From Clostridiales bacterium UBA1728 (lineage in GTDB: Bacteria; Bacillota; Clostridia; Oscillospirales; Oscillospiraceae), in contig DCIK01000021.1 of NCBI GenBank assembly GCA_002315975.1, forward strand, positions 1 through 27,079: a stretch of 27,079 nucleotides of DNA, written 5' to 3'. Below, piece by piece: positions 8,687-15,808 of this stretch. Both the position numbers and the translations under genes were made by a program. The notes under the pieces were generated by a model, which ran no database searches, was not told the origin of the DNA, and saw only the letters and a program-made list of their open reading frames with translations. Positions within the stretch are counted from its first letter, which is position 1; each line of letters opens with the position of its first letter.

Positions 8687-8714
8687 TTGACACCAATAAA
8701 TCATATGATATACT
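8687..8714 (+). promoter_or_regulatory. near-consensus sigmaA promoter of the TnpB-like nuclease gene
   Basis: TTGACA (8687-8692), 16-nt spacer, TG-extended TATACT (TGATATACT, 8706-8714). It lies downstream of the track's TTG start (8674), which argues for the GTG start at 8737. Confidence 0.6.
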
Positions 8715-8736
8715 TATGTTAAAGGAGGTGAGACAA

Positions 8737-10428
8737 GTGTCGGAAAGCTATTTAGAGCCCATATCAACCTATACCATGAAGCTGCGGCTATACCCCACAA
8801 AAGCGCAGGCAGAGCTCATAGACAAGGCTATCCGTGCGCTTCATCTCGCCTTTAATATGACCTTTCACGAGGTTTTCCAGAAGAACCCGGAGGTGTGCAC
8901 CCAGCCCAACGCAGAGGGGGCAGTCTGGCCGGATTTTAAGAAGATGACCGGGAAAGAATGGCGGCATCGACTGATTGAAATGAATCCGCTCATTGCCGAA
9001 GCACCCGCTCCCGCCATCATGCAAAACGGCGGTATCTTCATGAAAGAGGGGCGCGACGCATGGCCGGGAAACGGTCTTGGTTCAAAAAAGAAATTCTTTC
9101 CGGTTGATATTGTCAGGCGTGAGGATTTTCATTTTTACAGCCAGAATAAGCCGCGAAGAAACTTTACCGTACAGGTAGACGCAAAGAAAATCGTCCCGTC
9201 AGCAAGCAATCCAAAGGTCTGCACCATTGAGTTCCCCCTGTCCGACATCTATCCGGGTGGGAAAAAGCGCCCGAACACCACGGTAAAGGCCAGAGGTTTT
9301 AGCCGCAAGCTCCGTTTTGGAGAGAACGGAGAACACAACTTTGAAGAAGCACTTTCAAACGGAGAGCTGAAAAATGCTTACACCGTAAAGTTTTCCAAAG
9401 ACAATTGCGGCGACTACTACGCCTCCATTACCTTCTCTTGCGGGAAAACCGCCCGGCAAAGCCTGTTCCGTGAGCTGAAAGTCGAATCTGACATTCAGGA
9501 TGTCGGGATCGATGTTGGCATCAAGGATGTGGCCATACTCAGCGCCGGCGATAAGGTAGAAAACAAGCATTTCAAGCAAGCCCGCGACCACACGCTGCGG
9601 AAGCTGAACCGTCAGCTTTCCCGGCGCATGGGCCCGGCAAACATGGCCTATCGGGACTATAACAAAGCCATACGGGCAGAGAATCGCGCTCTCCCGGAGG
9701 GCGAGGAGCCAAAGCCGCTGATGACTCCCAGCAAGCGTTATCTGGAAACCCAGAGAAGAAAAGCGCGGCTGGAGCGGCGCATTGCCAGACAGCGAGAGAG
9801 CTACTATCATGAGCAAACGGAAAGGATTGTTTCCCATGCCTCTACCATTGCGGTGGAAACGCTCATGGTAAAGAATATGCTCCGCAATCACAAATTGGCT
9901 TTTGCCCTCGGTGATGCCGCCATGAGTGAGTTTGTCGCCATGCTCAAATATAAGGCCGAGCGGCGGCACATTCCGATTCTGACCATCGGCACCTTTGAGT
10001 CCTCCAGTCAGCTCTGCTCTGTCTGCGGCTTTCTGAACCCGGCGGTAAAAAATCTGGATATTCGGGAGTGGTGCTGCCCCCAGTGCGGCACAACCCATGA
10101 CCGGGATATCAACGCAGCAAAAAACATACTTGCTATCGCCCAACGAAAGGGCAGCAAGGAAGATATCGAAGAAAACATCAAAGGCCCGCCAAAGCGAAAG
10201 CCCGCCGAGCGCAAGCCAAAGGATACCATCATACTGGAGGACAGGCAGGAGCTGGTGGTGCGCTTCAGCCGGGAGCTGTCAAAATTCAATGCACCGCGTT
10301 ATGTAATCATCAACAAGACGGACGGCACCGTTATCGACGATGGTCAGGGTGCCGGATACAGAAGCATCAGCAACGCGAAAAACTGTTTCAAAGCGAAAAT
10401 GAACTGGTCTGCGAAAAACAAAGCATAA
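8737..10428 (+). CDS. TnpB-like / Cas12-family (type V-like) RuvC nuclease, CRISPR-associated
   Basis: 563 aa from GTG 8737, 8 nt after AGGAGG; alternative starts are TTG 8674 and ATG 8776. TnpB architecture: N-terminal YTMKLRLYPTKAQAELIDKAI, RuvC-I VGIDVGIKD (D codon 9511-9513), RuvC-II IAVETLMVKN (E codon 9856-9858). Also a Zn ribbon CSVCG...CPQCG and RuvC-III HDRDINAAKNI (10096-10128). A CRISPR array follows about 240 nt downstream. Confidence 0.85.
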   Translation: MSESYLEPISTYTMKLRLYPTKAQAELIDKAIRALHLAFNMTFHEVFQKNPEVCTQPNAEGAVWPDFKKMTGKEWRHRLIEMNPLIAEAPAPAIMQNGGIFMKEGRDAWPGNGLGSKKKFFPVDIVRREDFHFYSQNKPRRNFTVQVDAKKIVPSASNPKVCTIEFPLSDIYPGGKKRPNTTVKARGFSRKLRFGENGEHNFEEALSNGELKNAYTVKFSKDNCGDYYASITFSCGKTARQSLFRELKVESDIQDVGIDVGIKDVAILSAGDKVENKHFKQARDHTLRKLNRQLSRRMGPANMAYRDYNKAIRAENRALPEGEEPKPLMTPSKRYLETQRRKARLERRIARQRESYYHEQTERIVSHASTIAVETLMVKNMLRNHKLAFALGDAAMSEFVAMLKYKAERRHIPILTIGTFESSSQLCSVCGFLNPAVKNLDIREWCCPQCGTTHDRDINAAKNILAIAQRKGSKEDIEENIKGPPKRKPAERKPKDTIILEDRQELVVRFSRELSKFNAPRYVIINKTDGTVIDDGQGAGYRSISNAKNCFKAKMNWSAKNKA

Positions 10429-10439
10429 TTCCTGACAAA

Positions 10440-10640
10440 TAAGCAAAGCCGGTGGGAGGTCTGTCCCCACCGTTCTGCGCGAGGTTCCATCGAACACGTT
10501 TCGCTGGCCGCTTCGCACAGAGAACAGACATATCCAAAGTGCAAGGAGCAACAGACCGTTGTTTCGTGAGCAATCGCTGCAGCGGGTGACGCAACCCGGC
10601 ACGGATATGCCACCGTACATTTGTGCAAATGGCTTTTATT
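10440..10640 (+). ncRNA. candidate tracrRNA / omega-RNA-like scaffold ending in an anti-repeat
   Basis: CCGTACATTTGTGCAAATGGCTT (10613-10635) matches the reverse complement of repeat positions 2-24 at 21 of 23 nt and is followed by a T-rich tract. Upstream helices: GGTGGG/CCCACC (about 10451-10471), CGGGT/ACCCG, and a closing pair CATATCC (10529-10535) / GGATATG (10603-10609). The 5' end is not defined. Confidence 0.5.
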
Positions 10641-10667
10641 TTGCTTCATAAAGTGTGCAAATTTGCC

Positions 10668-10896
10668 GAAGCCACTTGCACAAGTGTACGGAGCAGAAGA
10701 CTCTAAAGTTAGCGTCTTTTTTAAAAACTTTAAGAAGCCACTTGCACAAGTGTACGGAGCAGAAGCAGTCTCTGACCGTGTCCTCCTCTCGGATCACAGA
10801 AGCCACTTGCACAAGTGTACGGAGCAGAAGCTCCACTGGGCGGAGCTCCGTCCAGCTCCGGCGGGAAGCCACTTGCACAAGTGTACAGAACTTGTG
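10668..10896 (+). CRISPR. CRISPR mini-array, 4 repeats and 3 spacers
   Basis: 32-nt repeat GAAGCCACTTGCACAAGTGTACGGAGCAGAAG at 10668, 10734 and 10799 (identical). The fourth copy at 10865 keeps the first 22 nt, then diverges. Unique spacers of 34, 33 and 34 nt; period 65-66. AT-rich leader upstream. Confidence 0.85.
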
Positions 10897-11016
10897 GGTG
10901 GCAACGATGAAGTAGGCCGCCCCTCATCCGTCACGGCTGCGCCGTGACACCTTCCCCAAGGGGGAAGGCAAGAGAAGCGCTGTATTTGCGTGCCCTCGCA
11001 TCGCTTTTTGACGAAT

Positions 11017-11050
11017 CAAAACACCCCTGCCGTTTGGCAGGGGTGTTTTC
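11017..11050. terminator. bidirectional rho-independent terminator
   Basis: AAAA-CACCCCTGCC (11022-11031), loop GTTT, GGCAGGGGTG (11036-11045), then TTTTCG. Sits between the CRISPR islet and the 3' end of the aminopeptidase gene. Confidence 0.75.
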
Positions 11051-11053
11051 GCT

Positions 11054-12448
11054 TTATCTGTCCTTATAGAAGCTCTTCATGCCCTTGTAGGTCATGTAGC
11101 AGTCGAACTTGGCCACGGTCTCGAAGGGGGCGTGCATACTCAGCACGGGCACACCGGCGTCGATGGTGTCGATGTTGCGGTTGGCCATGTAGAGAGCCAC
11201 GGTGCCGCCACCGCCCTGATCGACCTTGCCCAGCTCGGCCATCTGCCAGACCACGCCGTTTTGGGCGAAGATGCGCCGGAGCGTGCCCACCACCTCGGCA
11301 GCGGCATCGCTGGCGCCGGACTTGCCGCCGTGGCCGGTGAACTTGCAGATGCCCATGCCGTAGTTGACCTTGGCAGCGCTGCGCTTCTCGCAGACCTCGG
11401 GATAGAGGGGATCGAAGGCGTTGCACACATCGGCGCTGACGCAGAAGCTGTTCCAGAAGCAGTCGCGAAGCGCCACCTTCTGCGCGGCGCAAAGGCTCTC
11501 CATAAAGGCATCAAAGGCGCGGGACTGCATACCGCTCACGCCCATGGAGCCGATCTCCTCCTTGTCGGCCAGAATGCACACGGCGGTGCGCTCGGGCAGC
11601 TCGGTCTCGCAGATGGCGGCCAGCTCGGCAAAAGCGCAGACGCGGTCATCGTGGCCGTAGCCGCCGATGAGGGAGCGGTCCAGACCGATCTCGCACACAT
11701 CGAAGCAGGGCACAGCCTCCAGCTCGGCGGAGAGGAAGTCCTCCTCGGTGATGCCGTAGCGGTCGTGAAGCAGACTCATCACCGCCAGCTTCACCCGGTC
11801 GCTGCCCTCGTCGGCGTAGGGCACGGAGCCGATGAGCAGGTTCAGACCCTCGCCGCTGATGACCTGAGAGGCCACCTTGGCCATCTGATCCTTACCCAGA
11901 TGGGGCAGCAGGTCGGTGATGACGAACTTGGGCTCGTCCTTTTCGTGACCCATGACCACATCAATGGTCTCGCCGCTGCGCAGAGACACCACGCCGTGGA
12001 GCTCCAGCGGGATGGTCACCCACTGGTACTTCTTGATGCCGCCGTAGTAATGGGTTCTGAAGTAGGCCAGCTCGCTGTCTTCGTAGAGGGGAATCTGCTT
12101 CAGATCCAGCCGGGGCGCGTCCACATGGGCGGCGGCGATGTTGGCACCGAAGCTCAGATCCTTCAGGCCGATGACGGCCAGCAGCAGCGCCTTGCCCCGG
12201 TTGTTGAGATAGACCTTGGTGCCGGGGGTGAGGGGCATACCCTCGCTGTAGGGCACAAAACCCTTGCTCTCGGCGTAGGCGATGCCCTCCCGTACAGCCT
12301 CCCGCTCGGTGCGGGAAGCGTTCAGGTAGCTCATGTACTCGCCGCAGTAGCGCTCCAGCTCCAGCCGCTCCTCAGTGTCGATGAGATCATAGCCGTTCTT
12401 CTGGTTGTAAAAAAGCTCGTCGCGGAGATTCTTTTCCTGCTCAGCCAT
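11054..12448 (-). CDS. M18-family aminopeptidase
   Basis: 464 aa from ATG 12448 (AGGAGG RBS). M18-like motifs: AAHVDAPRLDLK, GYGHDDRVCAFA, ADKEEIGSMG, SADVCNAFDP, LSMHAPFE. Confidence 0.8.
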   Translation of the reverse strand: MAEQEKNLRDELFYNQKNGYDLIDTEERLELERYCGEYMSYLNASRTEREAVREGIAYAESKGFVPYSEGMPLTPGTKVYLNNRGKALLLAVIGLKDLSFGANIAAAHVDAPRLDLKQIPLYEDSELAYFRTHYYGGIKKYQWVTIPLELHGVVSLRSGETIDVVMGHEKDEPKFVITDLLPHLGKDQMAKVASQVISGEGLNLLIGSVPYADEGSDRVKLAVMSLLHDRYGITEEDFLSAELEAVPCFDVCEIGLDRSLIGGYGHDDRVCAFAELAAICETELPERTAVCILADKEEIGSMGVSGMQSRAFDAFMESLCAAQKVALRDCFWNSFCVSADVCNAFDPLYPEVCEKRSAAKVNYGMGICKFTGHGGKSGASDAAAEVVGTLRRIFAQNGVVWQMAELGKVDQGGGGTVALYMANRNIDTIDAGVPVLSMHAPFETVAKFDCYMTYKGMKSFYKDR

Positions 12449-12491
12449 GGTGATGTTCCTCCTGTATTTTAAGTTCATATTTATGTATCTC

Positions 12492-12599
12492 GTAGGGCAC
12501 GGCCTCCCGGCCGTGCCGCCGCCTGCGAGTTCTGCTTTGTCGGTATAAAATGGACATGGTGCGTCTCCCACACGGCACGGCCGGGAGGCCGTGCCCTAC
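12492..12599. repeat. 108-bp MITE-like element, copy A
   Basis: 27-nt terminal inverted repeats: GTAGGGCACGGCCTCCCGGCCGTGCCG (12492-12518) and its reverse complement (12573-12599). Each arm is itself a 9-bp hairpin. The core GCGAGTTCTGCTTTGTCGGTATAAAATGGACATGGT matches copy B in inverted orientation. Confidence 0.85.
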
Positions 12600-12666
12600 A
12601 GGCTTACCGGATTCAGCAGAACATATCCACATATTGAATCAGATTCAGGTTCCTTCGCAAAAACTG

Positions 12667-13872
12667 TTACAGTATCTGCTCAAACAGTTCCCTCGCCCGC
12701 GCTTCGTAGACCTCCAGGGTGCTGTCATTCCTCAGCTCGTGCTGACAGTGCTCTACAAACCAGCGCTCCTCGTGCTGGGCGGCGATGCGGCTGCGGGCGT
12801 AGTCCTCGCTGATGCCGTCGCGCTTCATGATGCGCTGCATTCTCTGCTCCCGGGGCGCGGTGATGGCGATGGTGGTCATGCAGTGCTCGGCAAGGCCACT
12901 CTCAATAAGGCCGATGGCATCGATGGCGGCCAGCTCTCCGCCCTCCATGGCGAAGGCGCGGAGGCGCCGCTCGCACTCCTCCACCACCATATGGTGCGTG
13001 ATGGCGTTCAGATCGGCAAGGGCAGCGGCATCGTTGAAGACCACCGCGCCCAGCTTTTTCCGGTTCAGTACCCCGTCCTCATAGACCGGCCCGAAGCGTT
13101 TTTCCAGCGCCTCCCGGAGCTCCGGGGAGCTGAGGGTCAGCTCATGATAAACCTCGTCGCAGTCCAGCACCAGTGCGCCCTTTTCCCGCAGGATGTTCAA
13201 TGCGGTGGTCTTGCCGCAGCCGGTGCCGCCGGTGAAGCCGATGACCTTCAGCGCAGAGCGCAGGGCTTCGGCGATCTTCTCCGGGCTCAGTGCACCCTGC
13301 CGGAGGACACGGTAGGGCTTGGCGCTCATGTCCAGAATAGTAGAGGGCTCGCCCTCCTGACACGCTCCCCCGTCGATGACGGCGGGAATTTTCCCCTTGA
13401 AGTAGGCCAGTACCCCCTCGGCGCTGACAGGAGCGGTCTCCCCGGAGGGATTGGCGGAGGGCCCCGCCAATGGCAGAGCGCACTGCCGCAGCAGTGCCAG
13501 CGTCAGCAGATGGTCGGGGCAGCGGAGCCCCACGGTGCTGCCTCCCGCCAGTACCACGGCAGGAATGTGCTCCTTTGCCGGGAGGATGATGGTCAGCGGC
13601 CCCGGCCAGTAAGCGTCCATCAGGGCGTATGCCGCGGCGGGCACATCGTGGCAGAGCGCCTCCGCAGCTTCCTTTCCTGCCACCATCAGCGACAGGGGCT
13701 TGTTCTCCGGTCTGCCCTTGACGGCGTAGATTTCCTCCACCGCTTTGGCATCCAGACCGTTGGCACAGAGACCGTAGACCGTCTCGGTGGGGACGGCCAC
13801 CAGCTTCCCCTCTCGGATGAGGGCGGCGGCCTCGGTCATGTCGGCAAGAGCAGAAAATACGCGGGTTTCCAC
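12667..13872 (-). CDS. fusion protein: threonylcarbamoyl-AMP synthase (TsaC/YwlC, Sua5/YciO/YrdC domain) + dephospho-CoA kinase (CoaE)
   Basis: 401-aa ORF with a GTG start 2 nt after the prfA stop and an AGGAGGG RBS. N-terminal half: VPTETVYGLCANG...KGRPENKPLSL...GPSANPSG. C-terminal half: KVIGFTGGTGCGKTT P-loop plus CoaE-like blocks. Confidence 0.8.
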   Translation of the reverse strand: METRVFSALADMTEAAALIREGKLVAVPTETVYGLCANGLDAKAVEEIYAVKGRPENKPLSLMVAGKEAAEALCHDVPAAAYALMDAYWPGPLTIILPAKEHIPAVVLAGGSTVGLRCPDHLLTLALLRQCALPLAGPSANPSGETAPVSAEGVLAYFKGKIPAVIDGGACQEGEPSTILDMSAKPYRVLRQGALSPEKIAEALRSALKVIGFTGGTGCGKTTALNILREKGALVLDCDEVYHELTLSSPELREALEKRFGPVYEDGVLNRKKLGAVVFNDAAALADLNAITHHMVVEECERRLRAFAMEGGELAAIDAIGLIESGLAEHCMTTIAITAPREQRMQRIMKRDGISEDYARSRIAAQHEERWFVEHCQHELRNDSTLEVYEARARELFEQIL

Positions 13873-13874
13873 GC

Positions 13875-14930
13875 TTAACCCTCCTTGAGCTTTTCGGCTC
13901 GGTCATGGGTGAGCAGGGCGTCGATGAGCTCATCCAGCTCCCCGTTCATCACAGAATCTATCTTATATAAGGTAAGGCCGATGCGGTGATCCGTCACCCT
14001 GCCCTGAGGGAAATTGTAGGTGCGGATGCGCTCGTTGCGCATACCCATGCCCACCTGGGAGCGTCTCTCGGCGGACACGGCGGCCTCCTGCTTTTCCCGC
14101 TCTGCGGCGGCCAGCCGGGAGGCAAGGATGGACAGCGCCCGAGCCTTGTTCTTGTACTGGCTGCGCTCGTCCTGACACTCCACCACCGTGTTGGTGGGCA
14201 GGTGGGTTACGCGGATGGCGCTGGAGGTCTTGTTGACCTTCTGCCCGCCCGCGCCGCTGGAACGGAAGGTGTCGATCTGCACCTCGTTCAAATCCAGGTG
14301 AAACTCGCTCTCGTCGGTTTCCGGCAGCACCGCCACCGTGACGGTGGAGGTGTGGATGCGCCCCTGCTGCTCGGTCTCCGGCACCCGCTGCACCCGGTGG
14401 ACACCGCTCTCAAACTTCAGCCGGGAATAGGCCCCGTCACCGCTGACGAGGAAGTCAATCTCCTTAATGCCGCCCAGCTCCGTTTCGTTGAGGTTGGCAA
14501 TCTCGATTTTCCAGCCCCGGTTCTGGGCATACATACTGTACATCCGATAGAGGCTGTGGGCAAAAAGTGCGCTCTCCTCGCCGCCAACGCCGCCGCGAAT
14601 CTCCACAATGACATTCCTGTCGTCCAGCGGGTCCCGGGGCAGGAGCAGGATTTTAATCTCCTCCTCCGTGCGCTCCATGTCGGCTCTGGCAGCGGCATAC
14701 TCTTCCCTGGCAAGCTCGCCCAGCTCGCTGTCCCCCAGCATTTCCTCGGCGCTGCGATAGTCAGCCTCAGCTTTGCGGTAACGCGCCAGCGCGTCCATCA
14801 GGGGCTGCAGCTCCTTGCGCTCCTTCGTCAGCGCCGTGTAGCGCTCCATATCGCTGTATATGTCCGGAGCGGAGAGCTCGGCCTCCAGCTGCCGATATTT
14901 CTTTTCCAGCTCCGCGGCCTTCTCAACCAT
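13875..14930 (-). CDS. prfA: peptide chain release factor 1
   Basis: 351 aa from ATG 14930 (AAAGGAG RBS). PxT-type tripeptide context RVQRVPETEQQGRIHTS and GGQ motif SGAGGQKVNKT. Confidence 0.93.
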   Translation of the reverse strand: MVEKAAELEKKYRQLEAELSAPDIYSDMERYTALTKERKELQPLMDALARYRKAEADYRSAEEMLGDSELGELAREEYAAARADMERTEEEIKILLLPRDPLDDRNVIVEIRGGVGGEESALFAHSLYRMYSMYAQNRGWKIEIANLNETELGGIKEIDFLVSGDGAYSRLKFESGVHRVQRVPETEQQGRIHTSTVTVAVLPETDESEFHLDLNEVQIDTFRSSGAGGQKVNKTSSAIRVTHLPTNTVVECQDERSQYKNKARALSILASRLAAAEREKQEAAVSAERRSQVGMGMRNERIRTYNFPQGRVTDHRIGLTLYKIDSVMNGELDELIDALLTHDRAEKLKEG

Positions 14931-14984
14931 CGCCTTCGCTCCTTTCGCAATATCGGTAGTTTTCGTGAAGCAGCCTGTAACCCC

Positions 14985-15093
14985 GTAGGGCACGGCCTCC
15001 CGGCCGTGCCGTGCAGGACAGGAACCATGTCCGTTTTATCCAAACAAAGCAGGACTCGCAGACTTCCGGCACGGCCGGGAGGCCGTGCCCTAC
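14985..15093. repeat. 109-bp MITE-like element, copy B (core inverted relative to copy A)
   Basis: Same 27-nt terminal inverted repeats (14985-15011 and 15067-15093). The core ACCATGTCCGTTTTATCCAAACAAAGCAGGACTCGC is the near reverse complement of the copy A core. Confidence 0.85.
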
Positions 15094-15155
15094 ATCGACT
15101 TTTCTGCGATTGCTGTCACTAAGTTCAAACTTTTGCACTAAAACCATTTCGGTTT

Positions 15156-15184
15156 ATTCTATCACAGCTTCCGCCTGTATGCAA
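15156..15184 (-). promoter_or_regulatory. candidate prfA promoter
   Basis: On the minus strand: TTGCAT (15184-15179), 17-nt spacer, TG-extended TAGAAT (15161-15156). This places MITE copy B inside a ~220-nt prfA leader. Confidence 0.45.
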
Positions 15185-15238
15185 CAGATGATATTCCCCG
15201 TTACGCAAAAGAAAATGAGAAACTTGCCGCTTTTTCCC

Positions 15239-15267
15239 TTGACAAGAAGGGGGGAAGTGTATATAAT
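15239..15267 (+). promoter_or_regulatory. consensus promoter of rpsU
   Basis: TTGACA (15239-15244), 17-nt spacer, TATAAT (15262-15267). Confidence 0.65.
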
Positions 15268-15337
15268 ACTCATGCTTAATAGCCGAAAACTTTTGTACTC
15301 TCAAAGCGTTTCGGCGCAACTGAGGGGAGGGAAATAA

Positions 15338-15523
15338 ATGTCGACCATCCAGGTTAAGGAAAACGAGTCTCTGGATTCTGCTCTGAAGCGTTTCAAGCGC
15401 TCCTGCGCCAAGTCCGGTGTGCTGGCTGACCTTCGCAAGAAGGAGTACTACCAGAGCCCCAGCGTCAAGCGCCGCAAGAAGTCCGAGGCTGCTCGTAAGA
15501 ACAAGAACAAGCGCTTCTACTAA
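15338..15523 (+). CDS. rpsU: 30S ribosomal protein S21
   Basis: 61 aa, [48 protein letters not shown]... is a typical S21 sequence. GGGGAGGG RBS. Confidence 0.93.
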   Translation: MSTIQVKENESLDSALKRFKRSCAKSGVLADLRKKEYYQSPSVKRRKKSEAARKNKNKRFY

Positions 15524-15532
15524 GACCGATGA

Positions 15533-15566
15533 AAAACACCGTCCGATTTCGGGCGGTGTTTTTTTT
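15533..15566 (+). terminator. rho-independent terminator after rpsU
   Basis: CACCGTCCGA / TCGGGCGGTG stem (15537-15558) followed by eight T (15559-15566). Confidence 0.8.
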
Positions 15567-15599
15567 GCTTTTGTGCAGAAAACCTTCTCCTTTTGACAG

Positions 15600-15750
15600 G
15601 AGTGCGGTGATCGTCAGGCTCGCCCCCTCAGTCGCTTCGCGACAGCTTTCTCGCTACGGCTCGGTCACACGGCGGCTCTGACACGCCCCCGGCGTGTCAT
15701 TCACTACCGCCTGTACCCATTGCTTCGCAACAGGGGAGCCGAGAGGGTTC
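15600..15750. repeat. mosaic intergenic hairpin-repeat cluster (modules D, B, C reverse-complemented)
   Basis: CCCCCTCAGTCGCTTCGCGACAGC (about 15628-15652), CGGCTCTGACACGCCCCCGGCGTGTCATTCACTACC (15673-15718) and CCCATTGCTTCGCAACAGGGGAGCCGAGAG (about 15717-15746). These are reverse complements of modules at 4480-4655, in a different order. Confidence 0.85.
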
Positions 15751-15808
15751 TGCTTATTTGTTCATTATGCGGCTTATCATTGGCCGTCTCCTCCGAAGCG
15801 CGAAGGGC

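Noticed and set aside
8674-8736. TTG start at 8674 for the nuclease (584-aa version)
   Set aside because: It lies upstream of the near-consensus promoter (8687-8714) and has no RBS. GTG 8737 follows AGGAGG at ideal spacing.
10621-10947. ORFs 10621-10947, 10655-10915, 10636-10878 and 10730-10927 with a repeating peptide (SHLHKCTEQK / PLAQVYGAE)
   Set aside because: The periodic peptides are simply translations of the CRISPR repeats, so they are not coding.
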